A DNA stretch of 64,000 nucleotides from Gammaproteobacteria bacterium (GTDB lineage: Bacteria > Pseudomonadota > Gammaproteobacteria > GCA-001735895), in the NCBI GenBank assembly GCA_026989015.1, contig JALSKD010000177.1, positions 64,401 to 128,400 of the forward strand, read 5' to 3'. A program made the position numbers and the translations under genes. Below the pieces are notes generated by a model. The model did not search any database and was not told the origin of the DNA. It saw nothing but the letters and a program-made list of their open reading frames with translations. Below are positions 33,701 to 43,728 of this stretch, piece after piece; positions within the stretch are counted from its first letter, which is position 1; the number at the start of each line of letters is the position of its first letter.

Positions 33701-36244
33701 TCAGGCGCGCTCCACCTTGACCGCGCACTTCTTGTAGTCCGTCTCCTTGGACAGCGGGTCGGTGGCATCCAGCGTCAGCTTGTTGACCAATCGTCCGGCA
33801 TCGAACCAGGGCACGAAGATCAGCCCCTCGGGCACACGGTTGCGCCCACGGGTTTCGACCATGGCCTCGATCTCGCCGCGCCGTGATGCGATTTTGGCCG
33901 TCATGCCACGGCGCAGGCCCCGTTTCTTGGCGTCCTTGGGGTGCATGAACACCACCGCGTCGGGGAAAGCTCGATAAAGCTCCGGCACCCGCCGCGTCAT
34001 CGAGCCGGAATGCCAGTGTTCGAGCACGCGGCCGGTGCACAGCCACAGGTCGAAATCCTTGTCCGGGCTTTCCGCCGGCGGCTCGTAGGGGGCGGTGATG
34101 ATGTTGGCGCGTCCGTCCTTGCGGCCATAGAACTTCCAGCCTTCCCCGGCCTTGACATAGGGGTCGTAGCCTTCACGGTAACGCCACAGGGTTTCCTTGC
34201 CGTTGATGACCGGCCAGCGCAGGCCACGCACCTTGTGGTAGACATCGAAGGGTGCCTGTTCGTGGCCTTTCTTCACGCCTTCGTGCTGGAAGCGGCGGTA
34301 CTCCTCGAACAGGCCTTTCTGTACATAGAAGCCGAAATGCTCGGATTCATGGTTGCGGTAGGCGTTGCCCCGGTCATCGGTGATCTTGCCCTCATAGGGG
34401 AACCGGTCCACCTGGCCATTGGCATAGAGGATGTCGAACAGGGTCTTGCCGCGGTATTCCGGCTTCTTCGCCAACAACTCCTCGGGCCAGACTTCCTCGA
34501 CCTTGAAGCGCTTGGAGAACTCCATCACCTGCCACAGATCGGATTTGGCCTCGCCCGGCGCCGGTACCTGCTCGCGCCAGAACTGGGTACGCCGCTCGGC
34601 GTTGCCGTAGGCGCCCTCCTTCTCGGTCCACATCGCGGTGGGCAGGATCAGATCGGCCGCCATCGCGGTGACCGTCGGGTAGGGGTCGGAGACGACGATG
34701 AAGTTGTCCGGATTGCGGTAGCCCGGATAGGTCTCCTCGTTCATGTTGGCGGCCGCCTGCATGTTGTTGTTGCACTGTACCCAGTAGGCATTGAGCTTGC
34801 CGTCCTTGAGCATGCGATTCTGCAACACGGCGTGGTAGCCCTTCTTGCCGGGGATGGTGCCTTCCGGCAGTTTCCAGATCTTCTCGGCGAAATCGCGGTG
34901 CGGCTTTTTCATGATCACATAATCGGCCGGCAGGCGATGGGCGAACGTGCCCACCTCACGGGCGGTACCGCAAGCCGAGGGCTGACCGGTGAGCGAGAAG
35001 GGGCCATTGCCGGGCTCGGAGATCTTGCCCATCAGCAGGTGCACGTTGTAGCACAGGCCGTTGACCCAGACGCCGCGGGTATGCTGGTTGAAGCCCATGG
35101 TCCACAGCGACATGATCTTCTTGTCCGGATCGGCATAGAGCTTGGCCAGCCGCTCGAGTTTTTCCTTGGGCACGCCGGACAGCTCGGCGGTGTACTCCAG
35201 GGTGTAGGGCTCGACCGACTTGGCGTATTCCTCGAAACTGATCTTGGAGAGCTTGCCCTTGTTGGCGTTCTTGGCCTTTTTCTGCAGCGGATGCTCCGGG
35301 CGCAGGCCATAGCCGATATCGGTCGGGGTTTTGGTGAAGTTCACATGCTGGTTAATGAACTCCTCGTTGTAGGCCTTGTTCTGGATGATGTAGTTGGCGA
35401 TGTAGTTGAGGATCGCCAGATCCGTCTGCGGGGTGAACACCATGCCGTTGTCGGCCAGATCGAAGCAGCGGTGCTTGTAGGTGGACAGTACATGCACCTC
35501 GCAGCCCGGCTTGGTGAGTCGGGTGTCGGTGAGGCGGGTCCACAGGATCGGGTGCATCTCCGCCATGTTCGATCCCCACAGCACGAAGGCATCGGCATGC
35601 TCCAGGTCGTCGTAGCAGCCCATCGGCTCGTCGGCGCCGAAGGCGCGGATGAAGGCGCCCACCGCCGACGCCATGCAGTGGCGCGCATTGGGGTCGATGT
35701 TGTTGGAACGGAAGCCGGCCTTGAACAGCTTGGAAGCGGCATAGCCTTCCCACACGGTCCATTGCCCGGAGCCGAACATGCCGACGCGGGAGGTGATCTT
35801 GTCCACCGGCTTGCCCTTGTTCTCCTCGTTGCTGCGGCGGATGGCTTCCTTGAATTTCTCGGCCATGACATCGAAGGCCTCGTCCCAGGACACTTCCTCG
35901 AAGTGGCCGTCCTTGTCGTAGACGCCGTCGGTCTTGCGCAGCAGCGGCTTGGTGAGCCGGTCCTTGCCGTAGATGATCTTCGACAGGAAATAGCCCTTGA
36001 TGCAGTTCAGGCCGCGGTTGACCGGTGCGTCGGGATCGCCCTGGGTGGCCACGATGCGGTCGTTGCGGGTGCCCACCAGCACCGAACAGCCGGTGCCGCA
36101 GAAACGGCAGGGCGCCTTGTCCCAGCGGATATCGTCGGGGCCCTTGGCCAGTGCTTCGTTGATGCCGGGAATGGTGACGCCGGCAGCGGCCGCGGTCGCG
36201 GCGATGGCATTGGTCTTGATAAAGTCGCGTCTGGTCAATTTCAT
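33701..36244 (-). CDS. napA: Periplasmic nitrate reductase catalytic subunit NapA
   Basis: Tat signal [10 protein letters not shown], an N-terminal CxxCxxxC cluster, and a molybdopterin oxidoreductase domain. 847 aa. Confidence 0.95.
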   Translation of the reverse strand: MKLTRRDFIKTNAIAATAAAAGVTIPGINEALAKGPDDIRWDKAPCRFCGTGCSVLVGTRNDRIVATQGDPDAPVNRGLNCIKGYFLSKIIYGKDRLTKPLLRKTDGVYDKDGHFEEVSWDEAFDVMAEKFKEAIRRSNEENKGKPVDKITSRVGMFGSGQWTVWEGYAASKLFKAGFRSNNIDPNARHCMASAVGAFIRAFGADEPMGCYDDLEHADAFVLWGSNMAEMHPILWTRLTDTRLTKPGCEVHVLSTYKHRCFDLADNGMVFTPQTDLAILNYIANYIIQNKAYNEEFINQHVNFTKTPTDIGYGLRPEHPLQKKAKNANKGKLSKISFEEYAKSVEPYTLEYTAELSGVPKEKLERLAKLYADPDKKIMSLWTMGFNQHTRGVWVNGLCYNVHLLMGKISEPGNGPFSLTGQPSACGTAREVGTFAHRLPADYVIMKKPHRDFAEKIWKLPEGTIPGKKGYHAVLQNRMLKDGKLNAYWVQCNNNMQAAANMNEETYPGYRNPDNFIVVSDPYPTVTAMAADLILPTAMWTEKEGAYGNAERRTQFWREQVPAPGEAKSDLWQVMEFSKRFKVEEVWPEELLAKKPEYRGKTLFDILYANGQVDRFPYEGKITDDRGNAYRNHESEHFGFYVQKGLFEEYRRFQHEGVKKGHEQAPFDVYHKVRGLRWPVINGKETLWRYREGYDPYVKAGEGWKFYGRKDGRANIITAPYEPPAESPDKDFDLWLCTGRVLEHWHSGSMTRRVPELYRAFPDAVVFMHPKDAKKRGLRRGMTAKIASRRGEIEAMVETRGRNRVPEGLIFVPWFDAGRLVNKLTLDATDPLSKETDYKKCAVKVERA

Positions 36245-36507
36245 GCTTGAGCCCCCTCAGTGGTCGTCAGATCGTCGCTGAATTGATAGATCATCGCCGC
36301 GGACAGCACCCCGTCGATGTCATGGAAACTGGAAATGGTATCGGCCACCACCCGGCTGCTCTCGTCTTCGACGGTGACCACCAGGCGGCCTTCCTCGGTG
36401 TTGGCATGCACCTCCACGCCGGGGCGCGCATTGAGGGCCTCCTCCACCTTGAACCGCTGATCGGCGCGGGCATGCACCATCACGCCACAAATGTTGTACT
36501 CGGTCAT
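36241..36507 (-). CDS. napD: NapA chaperone NapD
   Basis: 88-aa TorD-independent NapD fold. Its stop overlaps the napA start. Confidence 0.85.
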   Translation of the reverse strand: MTEYNICGVMVHARADQRFKVEEALNARPGVEVHANTEEGRLVVTVEDESSRVVADTISSFHDIDGVLSAAMIYQFSDDLTTTEGAQA

Positions 36508-36513
36508 GACTCG

Positions 36514-37005
36514 CTACTCCGGATGTTGTCGGTTGATCGTGATCGCGCCGGCCGGACAGATGCTCACGCACTCTCCGCAGCCGGTGCAGGCAGCCGTCGC
36601 CATGTGCACATGGGTGATGCCGCCAACGACCTGGGTGAAACGGATGGCTTCGGTCTCGCAGACCTCGCCGCAGGAGCGGCAGATCACGCCGCGCTCCGAA
36701 AAACACCGGTCATCGATCTGCGCGACCTGCTGCCAGGGCGCGCGCCCGCCCATCTTCAGGGCCTCGGGCGTGCATACGGCCACGCAGGCCTCGCAGTAGT
36801 CGCAACCGGATGACTGGAAATCAATTTCGGGGTAGCCGCCATCGCCGATACGGATGATGCCTTGAGGGCATTCGCGGACACAGTCGCCGCAGCGGTCACA
36901 GAGACGGACGAATCGCGCCTCCTCTACGGCCCAGGGGGGGCGCAGCGGTTGCTGGTTGGCCGGACGGCCGAACAACAGGTTGCGCTTGGATCGAGAGATG
37001 GTCAT
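36514..37005 (-). CDS. napF: Ferredoxin-type protein NapF
   Basis: Multiple CxxCxxCxxxCP 4Fe-4S motifs. First gene of napFDAGHBC. Confidence 0.85.
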   Translation of the reverse strand: MTISRSKRNLLFGRPANQQPLRPPWAVEEARFVRLCDRCGDCVRECPQGIIRIGDGGYPEIDFQSSGCDYCEACVAVCTPEALKMGGRAPWQQVAQIDDRCFSERGVICRSCGEVCETEAIRFTQVVGGITHVHMATAACTGCGECVSICPAGAITINRQHPE

Positions 37006-37057
37006 GGGCGGCTCCCTTGTTCACCACGCACCTTAGAGACCCCGCCAAGGAAACGGA

Positions 37058-37071
37058 ATGATCTATATCAA
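37058..37071 (-). promoter_or_regulatory. FNR-type box (aTGAT-ctat-ATCAA) upstream of napF
   Basis: Matches 9 of 10 positions of the TTGAT-N4-ATCAA consensus. Centred about 60 bp upstream of the napF ATG. Confidence 0.5.
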
Positions 37072-37122
37072 ATCCCGCGCCGGACGGTCGACAACCCGAT
37101 GCGGAGTCCGGGGGCCGGGCAG

Positions 37123-37152
37123 AAAAAAACCCGGTGGCAGACGCCGACCGGG
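37123..37152 (-). terminator. Rho-independent terminator after flgF
   Basis: On the minus strand, CCCGGT...ACCGGG stem followed by T7. Confidence 0.6.
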
Positions 37153-37177
37153 CTCATTCAGCAACTGTCCGATCCCG

Positions 37178-37921
37178 TCAGCCGGACAGGCGCATCAGCC
37201 GCGAGCTCGCGGCATCGTTTTCATTGGCCAGGCTCATCAGCTTGACCTGGGTTTCGTAGAAACGGGCGTATTCCATCATCTGCACCATGGCGTCCACGCT
37301 GTTGACATTACTGCCTTCCAGTGCACCGCTGGTGAGCGTGACCGAGGCGTCCGGCTCCGGCTGGCTGCCGTCGCGGGTGCGGAACAGCCCGTCCTCGCCG
37401 CGTTGCAGGGTGTCCGCATCGGGTTTTACCAAGCGCAGGCGGTCGATGGTCACCAGCGTACTCGCCGCCTGGCCGCTGGCGCGGATGCTGATCGACCCGT
37501 CGCGACCGATGACCAGGCTTTCGAATTCCGGCAGCGTGACCGGTCCGCCCTCGCCCATCACCGGCTGCCCCGCGCCGTTGGTCAGCAGGCCGCTGGCATC
37601 GATGCGCAGATCGCCGCGACGGCTGTAGGCGATGCTGCCGTCGGCGGCCTGCACTTCCATCCAGCCCTCCCCGTTGATCGCCACATCCAGATCGCGACCG
37701 GTGGTCATGATCGGGCCCGAAACCAGGTCTGCACCGCTGATGCGCTCGCTGGCATAGGCCCGGGCCGGATGGCCCGGACCGTATACCGGCTCGGACTGAA
37801 AGTGTTCGATCTGAGCCTTGAAGCCGACCGTGCTGGCATTGGCCAGGTTGTTGGCCACCACCTGCTGCCCGAACTGGGCGTTGCGGGCGCCGTTCATGGC
37901 GATGTAGAGAAGACGGTCCAT
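37178..37921 (-). CDS. flgF: Flagellar basal-body rod protein FlgF
   Basis: MDRLLYIAMNGA...ANNLANASTVGFK and a C-terminal rod motif. Confidence 0.9.
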   Translation of the reverse strand: MDRLLYIAMNGARNAQFGQQVVANNLANASTVGFKAQIEHFQSEPVYGPGHPARAYASERISGADLVSGPIMTTGRDLDVAINGEGWMEVQAADGSIAYSRRGDLRIDASGLLTNGAGQPVMGEGGPVTLPEFESLVIGRDGSISIRASGQAASTLVTIDRLRLVKPDADTLQRGEDGLFRTRDGSQPEPDASVTLTSGALEGSNVNSVDAMVQMMEYARFYETQVKLMSLANENDAASSRLMRLSG

Positions 37922-37939
37922 GGCGGTTCAATACCCCGT

Positions 37940-39274
37940 TCAGCGGATCTGGATAATGGTCTGAGTCAGCGTATTGGCGGTTTCGATGGTCCGCGCATTG
38001 GCCTGGAAGTTGCGTTGCGCGGTGATCAGGTTCACCAGTTGCTGGGTCAGGTCCACATTCGAGGTCTCCAGCGCGCCGGACTGGATCAGCCCGAAACGAC
38101 CGGTACCCGCCTCGCCGGCCAGCACGGCGCCGGAAGCCTGGGTTTCGTCCCAGGAAGTGGCACCGACATTGGCCAGGCCCTGGCTGTTGGGGAAGTCGGC
38201 CAGCGCCACCTTGCCGATCGGCGACGAGACACCATTGGTGTAGGTGGCGCGGATCAGCCCGTCCTCGGAAATGTCGATGCCGGTCAGCCGGCCGGTGGTG
38301 TAACCGGTCGGGTTCAGCGTGTTGACCGAGAAGTTGGCGGCATACTGGGTGGTGTTGTTGTTGGCAAAGTCATGGACGATGGTCAGTGGATTGGCGCCAT
38401 TGGCCAGCGCAATGCTGGTGTTCTGGATCAGCGCCGGGGTGGTGGAGGCCAGCGAACCGTCGGGGTTGAAGTTGAACTGGGCCGCCACCTGGTTGATGTT
38501 GGGGGCGCCGGTCGGATCCGGGTGGTTGATGGTGTTGCCGCCGGTGATGTCCACCGGCGCGCCGTCCAGATAGGTGAACATCTGCCACTGGTTGGGATCG
38601 CCGGGCGCCGGGTTGGTGGCGCTGCCGATGTCGTCCTTGATGAAGTAGTAGGTCAGCACATGGGACTCACCCAGCGAGTCATAGACCGTGGACGAGGTGG
38701 AGTTGGTGTAGCTGTTGCTGACACTGGGATCGAACAGGGCCGGATCCTTGGGAATCGCGGTGGCGTTGAGGTTGACGCCGATATCGATCTGGTCGGTGGC
38801 CAGCGGGGTACCGGTGGACGGCGGCAGCACGATCGAGCTGGTGGTATTGAGGCTGGTGGACGTGACCTCGCCGGTCAGCGGATCCACCGGGAAGGCCTGC
38901 AGGTAGCGGCCATCGTTGTTGACGATGTAACCGTCGGCATTGACGCGAAACTCGCCGGCGCGGCTGTAGTTGCGGTCGGTGCCGTCGGGATTCTGACTGA
39001 TCACGAAGAAGCCCTGCCCGCTGATCGCCAGATCCAGACTGGCGTCGGTGAACTGGAAGTTCCCCTGCGAGAACTGCTGGCTCACATTGTCGATCTGCAC
39101 GCCCTGGCCCACCGCGGTGGGCGAATTGCCAAAGGGCGATACGGCATAGACATCGCCGAACTCGGTGCGCGAGAACTTGAAGCCGGTGGTCCCGACATTG
39201 GCGATGTTGTTACTGGTCACATTGAGGTCCATCGATGCGGCCTGCAGGCCGCTCAAGGCGGTATTGAAGGACAT
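37940..39274 (-). CDS. flgE: Flagellar hook protein FlgE
   Basis: MSFNTALSGL...NNIANVGTTGFK and C-terminal ...ITAQRNFQANARTI. Confidence 0.9.
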   Translation of the reverse strand: MSFNTALSGLQAASMDLNVTSNNIANVGTTGFKFSRTEFGDVYAVSPFGNSPTAVGQGVQIDNVSQQFSQGNFQFTDASLDLAISGQGFFVISQNPDGTDRNYSRAGEFRVNADGYIVNNDGRYLQAFPVDPLTGEVTSTSLNTTSSIVLPPSTGTPLATDQIDIGVNLNATAIPKDPALFDPSVSNSYTNSTSSTVYDSLGESHVLTYYFIKDDIGSATNPAPGDPNQWQMFTYLDGAPVDITGGNTINHPDPTGAPNINQVAAQFNFNPDGSLASTTPALIQNTSIALANGANPLTIVHDFANNNTTQYAANFSVNTLNPTGYTTGRLTGIDISEDGLIRATYTNGVSSPIGKVALADFPNSQGLANVGATSWDETQASGAVLAGEAGTGRFGLIQSGALETSNVDLTQQLVNLITAQRNFQANARTIETANTLTQTIIQIR

Positions 39275-39317
39275 GCTGTCTCCCCTATCGTTGCAATGAA
39301 GGCGGGCCTGGGCCCGT

Positions 39318-39995
39318 CTACGAAATCTTCCGGATCTGGCTCATGCTGATATCGCCCAGATCGGAAACCGTCAAAGTCAATTCCTGCCCGGCCTGCCCCA
39401 GCGTCACGCTCTCGACGCGCACCTGGGTGAGCATGCTGCCGCTGTTGATGCCATCGTTCTGGTGCACCTCGGCGGCGATGCGGTAGGCGCCGGCCGGTGC
39501 CCGGCTGCCGTCATCGAGCAGGCCGTCCCAGCGCACATCCATCAGGCCGGCCGGCTGCAGGCCGAAATCCAGCCGCTTGACCAGTTGCCCGCTGGCATCG
39601 GTGATGTTGACCACCACCTGTTTCGCCGGCTGATCGAGATCGACCGCGGCCACCAGCGGCTCGGTTTCGCCAAGCCGTGCCTGATCGCCGGGCACCAGTA
39701 CATCACGGCCGACCATGGTCGAGGCCTGCAGGGCCTGATTGGACTGGAAGGCCGTGCTCATGCTGTTGAAGGAACTGTTCAGGTCGTTGATGCCGCTGAC
39801 GGTGCTGAACTGCGCCATCTGCGCGAGGAAATCCCCGTTCTCCATCGGTTTGAGCGGGTCCTGAAACTTCAGCTGTGCCGTCATCAGCGCCAGAAAGTCG
39901 TCCTGGCCCAGTTCGTCCGGGGCCTTCTGCTTGGACTGGGTGGTCTTGTTGAGGCCCAGCTGGGTATAGAGCTGTTTCGGATCGATCTCAGACAT
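39318..39995 (-). CDS. flgD: Flagellar hook assembly/capping protein FlgD
   Basis: FLALMTAQLKFQDPLKPME is the FlgD signature. Confidence 0.85.
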   Translation of the reverse strand: MSEIDPKQLYTQLGLNKTTQSKQKAPDELGQDDFLALMTAQLKFQDPLKPMENGDFLAQMAQFSTVSGINDLNSSFNSMSTAFQSNQALQASTMVGRDVLVPGDQARLGETEPLVAAVDLDQPAKQVVVNITDASGQLVKRLDFGLQPAGLMDVRWDGLLDDGSRAPAGAYRIAAEVHQNDGINSGSMLTQVRVESVTLGQAGQELTLTVSDLGDISMSQIRKIS

Positions 39996-40007
39996 GGCGA
40001 CGACTCA

Positions 40008-40421
40008 TCAGTTGTTGCCCAGCGCCAGGGTGCGCGTCAGCAGTTCCTTGGAGGTATTGAGCACTTCGACATTGTTTTGATAGGCTCGTGAAGAGGATAG
40101 CATGTTGGCCATCTCCTCGACCGTGTTCACATTGCTGGTGTACACATAGCCCTGCACGTCGGCCAGCGGGTGGCCCGGCTGGTAGCGGCTGCGCACCGGC
40201 GCCTGGCTCTCCACCACGCCCAACATGCGTACGCCGGTCTCGGCGGGCCGGCGGGCATCCAGCAACAGGCTCTGGAACACGGTTTCCCGCGCGCGGTAGG
40301 CCTCCTGCTCGCTGGCGGCCACGGTTTCCGCATTGGCCATGTTGCTGGCGATGGTGTTGAGCCGCAGCGACTGGGCGCTGATCGCGCTGCCGGAGATCTG
40401 AAAATTCGCATAGAGTCCCAT
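40008..40421 (-). CDS. flgC: Flagellar basal-body rod protein FlgC
   Basis: NIASNMANAET...YTSNVNTVEEM. Confidence 0.9.
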   Translation of the reverse strand: MGLYANFQISGSAISAQSLRLNTIASNMANAETVAASEQEAYRARETVFQSLLLDARRPAETGVRMLGVVESQAPVRSRYQPGHPLADVQGYVYTSNVNTVEEMANMLSSSRAYQNNVEVLNTSKELLTRTLALGNN

Positions 40422-40432
40422 CGTCGCGCCTC

Positions 40433-40834
40433 CTATTGACCCTTGATCGCCAGTTTCAGGCTGCGGATCTTGCCGTTGAGAAAGGTCAGGCTGGTCTGGT
40501 ACTGCAGCGCATTCTCGGCGAAGCGCGCCTGTTCCATCTGCATGTCCACGGTGTTGCCATCGAGGGACGGCATCATCGGGTTGCGGTACTTGATACCGGC
40601 TTCGAGCGCATCGATGTCGGTGGCGGCAATATGCCGTTCATCGGTGCGCTTCAACTCGATCCCCGGCTCGCCGTCCTGCTGCATGCGCTGCAACAGGGCG
40701 GAGAAATCCATGTCGCGGGCCTTGTAGTTGGGGGTATCGGCATTGGCGATGTTGCTGGCGAGAATGCCTGCGCGTCGGGAGCGCAGCATCAGCGCATCGT
40801 CATGTATGGAAAAGGCGCGTTCGATGATGGACAT
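40433..40834 (-). CDS. flgB: Flagellar basal-body rod protein FlgB
   Basis: SNIANADTPNYKARD. ATG at 40834. Confidence 0.9.
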   Translation of the reverse strand: MSIIERAFSIHDDALMLRSRRAGILASNIANADTPNYKARDMDFSALLQRMQQDGEPGIELKRTDERHIAATDIDALEAGIKYRNPMMPSLDGNTVDMQMEQARFAENALQYQTSLTFLNGKIRSLKLAIKGQ

Positions 40835-41011
40835 GGCGTGTCGGTTCCGGTTGAGCTTGCGTTGCCCGTAACACTGCAGGAACCGATCCATGCCAGATTT
40901 TATGTTTTATTTCAATTACTTGGTAATTTTCAGGATGGATGAACGCGGCAAGGCGGCAAGGCCGGACGGCGACAACGGAGGCAATTTGCCGCCCGCCAGG
41001 CCGTTGTTACG

Positions 41012-41959
41012 CTATTGCGCCACCGCCGGCAGGGCATCGAGCACCGCCTTGGCCAGCAGGTCCGGCTCGAACTTGGCGATGAATTTGTTGGCGCCCACCT
41101 TGTCCACCATGTTCTGGTTGAACACGCCGGACATGGAGGTGTGCAGGATGATGTACAGGTGCTTGAGGCGTTCATCGGCGCGCACCGCGGTGGTGAAGGT
41201 ATAGCCGTCCATCTCCGGCATCTCGATGTCCGAGATCACCATCGCCAGCCGTTGCAGCTTGGGGTCGTCGTTGTCCGCCCACTCCTTGAGCAGATCAATG
41301 GCTTCCTTTCCATCCTTGGCGGTGATCGTCTCCATCTTGAGGTCGTTTTCGATGGTGCGGGTGACCTGCTTGCGCGCCACCAGCGAATCGTCGGAGACCA
41401 GGATCAGGTTCTTCTCGACATCGAAATCGCCCTCCTCCACCTGGTCGAGGAATTCCTGGGATACATGCTCCTTGGCGCCCACCACTTCGGACAGCACCCG
41501 TTCCACATCGATCACCTCGACCATCTTCTCGTTGACATAGGTCACCGCCGTCAGGTAGCTGGAGCCGGCGGCACCGGCCGGCGGCGGCTGCATGTCCTTC
41601 CAGTTGAGGTTGATGATGCGGTCCACCTCGCGCACCAGAAAGCCCTGCACGCTGCGGTTGTACTCGGAGATGATGACAAAGGCATTGTCGATGTCCTCGA
41701 TCTTCGGGCCGCCGATGGCCAGACTCAGGTCCATGATGCTGATGGTCTGGCCCCGAATGTTGGCGATGCCGCGCACCACCGGGTGGGACTGGGGCACCGA
41801 GGACAACCTCGGGCACTGCAATACCTCGCGGACCTTGAACACGTTGATGCCATAGAGCTGACGCCCCTGCAGGCGGAACATCAGCAGTTCCAGTCGGTTG
41901 CGGCCGGCCAGCTGGGTACGCTGGTCGACACTCGCCATGACGCCGGACATAGTTGAACC
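41012..41959 (-). CDS. cheV: Chemotaxis protein CheV (CheW-like plus REC)
   Basis: A CheW-like domain followed by a REC domain (ISDIEMPEMDG). Confidence 0.85.
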   Translation of the reverse strand, partial: GSTMSGVMASVDQRTQLAGRNRLELLMFRLQGRQLYGINVFKVREVLQCPRLSSVPQSHPVVRGIANIRGQTISIMDLSLAIGGPKIEDIDNAFVIISEYNRSVQGFLVREVDRIINLNWKDMQPPPAGAAGSSYLTAVTYVNEKMVEVIDVERVLSEVVGAKEHVSQEFLDQVEEGDFDVEKNLILVSDDSLVARKQVTRTIENDLKMETITAKDGKEAIDLLKEWADNDDPKLQRLAMVISDIEMPEMDGYTFTTAVRADERLKHLYIILHTSMSGVFNQNMVDKVGANKFIAKFEPDLLAKAVLDALPAVAQ

Positions 41960-42052
41960 TCTCGTCGAATTCGATGGAGCCTTCCACCACCGGATGGCGG
42001 CGGAGCCTGTCGGTATAACGGCCGCATCGGCCAATCCTTGAGCGCCCTGACA

Positions 42053-42068
42053 TGGCCTGGAACTTGCT
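42053..42068 (+). promoter_or_regulatory. Candidate sigma54 promoter (TGGCCT-N5-TTGCT) upstream of flgA
   Basis: GG and GC elements with exact 10-nt spacing, about 85 bp upstream of the flgA ATG. Confidence 0.35.
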
Positions 42069-42153
42069 TGAAACGCCTGAGCTGCAGGAAAACCCGTGTC
42101 GGGCGTCAAAACCCCGTCATTCCGAAACACCGATTCAACCGAGTATAGACAAG

Positions 42154-42855
42154 ATGCACGCGCGCATGAGGATTCTCGCCCTGTTTCTCTGCCTGCCGAC
42201 GGGCATGTCCGCACAGGCGGCCGAATGGCAGAGTCTGGCCTCGATTCGCCTCCAGGCGGAACGCTTTCTCGACCGCTACCCCTACGGCGAGGGCCTGACC
42301 CCGGAGATCGAAGTCGGGGCGCTGGATCCGCGCCTTCGCCTCAAGGCCTGCGCCGAGGATCTGGACATCCGTTTCACCCGTCCGGAGCGTGACCGGGGCA
42401 ACAGCTCGCTGACCCTGCGTTGCACCACGCCGACGCGCTGGAAACTGCACCTGCCGGTCACCGTTCGGCTGTATGACGAGGTGCTGGTCACCCAGAGCCC
42501 GATCCGCCGCGGCGCGGCGATCGAGGGCGCCCGACTGACCGCTCGGCGCAAGGAAGTCTCCCGCTACCGCGAAGGCTACTACCGCCCCGGCGATCCGGTC
42601 GACCGCCTGCAGGCAAAACGGGATCTGCCGGCCGGTACGCCGCTCACCGCCCGCGTGGTCGAGCCGCGTCTGGCGGTACGCAGTGGCGAACAGGTCACCA
42701 TCCAACTGTCGATCCGCGGACTCGACATCAAGAGCCGGGGCAAGGCCCTGCAGTCCGGGCCGGTGGGCAAGACCATCCGCGTCAAAAACGCCCGCTCGGG
42801 ACGCATCATCGAGGGCGAAATCACCGCGCCGGGACAGGTTCGGGTGAGGATGTGA
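42154..42855 (+). CDS. flgA: Flagellar P-ring assembly chaperone FlgA
   Basis: Signal peptide and a C-terminal SAF/FlgA domain (GKTIRVKNARSGRIIEGEI). Confidence 0.8.
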   Translation: MHARMRILALFLCLPTGMSAQAAEWQSLASIRLQAERFLDRYPYGEGLTPEIEVGALDPRLRLKACAEDLDIRFTRPERDRGNSSLTLRCTTPTRWKLHLPVTVRLYDEVLVTQSPIRRGAAIEGARLTARRKEVSRYREGYYRPGDPVDRLQAKRDLPAGTPLTARVVEPRLAVRSGEQVTIQLSIRGLDIKSRGKALQSGPVGKTIRVKNARSGRIIEGEITAPGQVRVRM

Positions 42856-42887
42856 GACGGGCCTCGACGCAAGGGCAACGATAGGAT

Positions 42888-42914
42888 TAAAGTATCGGAC
42901 GATGCGGCCGATAA
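42888..42914 (+). promoter_or_regulatory. Sigma28 (FliA) promoter TAAAGTAT-N11-GCCGATAA upstream of flgM
   Basis: Near-perfect match to TAAAGTTT-N11-GCCGATAA, 32 nt upstream of the flgM ATG. Confidence 0.6.
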
Positions 42915-42945
42915 TACACTCGGGTCGATCCAACGGGAGAACACG

Positions 42946-43230
42946 ATGACTGACGCAATCAACAATCACGGCCGGGTCAAGACCACCGGTCCCAGCCCCG
43001 CCCCGAAAACGGGTGGAAATCCGGCCTCCGAGGCCGGCAAGCCGGCCGCGGCCGCTTCCGATGTGCTCAAGCTCAGCTCCGAGCGCATCATGGAACAGAT
43101 GGCGCGCCTGCCCGAAGTCGATCAGAGCCGGGTGGAGGCGATCAAGTCCGCGCTGGCGCGTGGCGACTACCAGCCGGATCCCGAGGTCATCGCGCGCAAG
43201 TTCGCCGACATCGAAAAACTGCTGCCATGA
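42946..43230 (+). CDS. flgM: Anti-sigma-28 factor FlgM
   Basis: 94 aa, with C-terminal VDQSRVEAIKSALARGDYQPDPEVIA. Confidence 0.8.
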   Translation: MTDAINNHGRVKTTGPSPAPKTGGNPASEAGKPAAAASDVLKLSSERIMEQMARLPEVDQSRVEAIKSALARGDYQPDPEVIARKFADIEKLLP

Positions 43231-43721
43231 CGCCCGCTCCCCGCATCGACCCGGCCGAGCTGACACCACGGCTGCAGGCCTTGCTGGAACGCCTGGACCG
43301 CCGCATCGACGACTACCTCGACTACCTGCAGCAGCTGCACGCGGCGATCCGTGACAACGATGCGTCTCGCCTGGAGCAATTGCTGCCCCACGCCCCGGCC
43401 CTGCAACAGGCGATCGACGAGCCGCTGCAGGAACGAGAGCGGCTGCTCGACGAACTGGGTGCCGACGGCCTCGACAGCCTGTTTCGGCGTCTTGGGAACC
43501 CGGCTGAGTTGCTGCACACCCGGAAACGGGTCGAACAACAGCTCGAACGCCTGCGCCGTCAGCTGATGAGCAACGACCTGTTGCTGCGCAAGAGCCGCCA
43601 GCGCCTGCGCCAGAGCATCGGCATACTGGCCGGTCATTTCGATTCCCCCCAGGCCAGCGCCTATTCCCGCGACGGCGGTTTGTCCAACGCCAGCCACCGG
43701 CGCAGCCTCGCCCGCGCCTGA
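43227..43721 (+). CDS. flgN: Flagellar export chaperone FlgN
   Basis: Translationally coupled to flgM. Helical, Leu/Gln/Arg-rich. Confidence 0.7.
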   Translation: MTPAPRIDPAELTPRLQALLERLDRRIDDYLDYLQQLHAAIRDNDASRLEQLLPHAPALQQAIDEPLQERERLLDELGADGLDSLFRRLGNPAELLHTRKRVEQQLERLRRQLMSNDLLLRKSRQRLRQSIGILAGHFDSPQASAYSRDGGLSNASHRRSLARA

Positions 43722-43728
43722 GCCCCCC

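Noticed and set aside
33941-36250. 769-aa + strand ORF antisense to napA, and similar long antisense ORFs (1527-2918, 8283-9941, 15828-17621, 37058-39349, 42106-43269, 56286-58484, 59123-60445)
   Set aside because: High-GC genomes produce long spurious antisense ORFs. In each case the opposite strand encodes a protein with unmistakable family motifs, and the antisense translations are Arg/Gly/Ala/Pro-rich.
36241-37005. Missing napE or other accessory nap genes
   Set aside because: No small membrane ORF sits between the FNR box and napF or after napC. The operon appears complete as napFDAGHBC, which is a known arrangement.
40835-41011. Sigma54 promoter upstream of flgB
   Set aside because: A TGGCAT element is present on the minus strand, but the GC element is not at the required 10-nt spacing.
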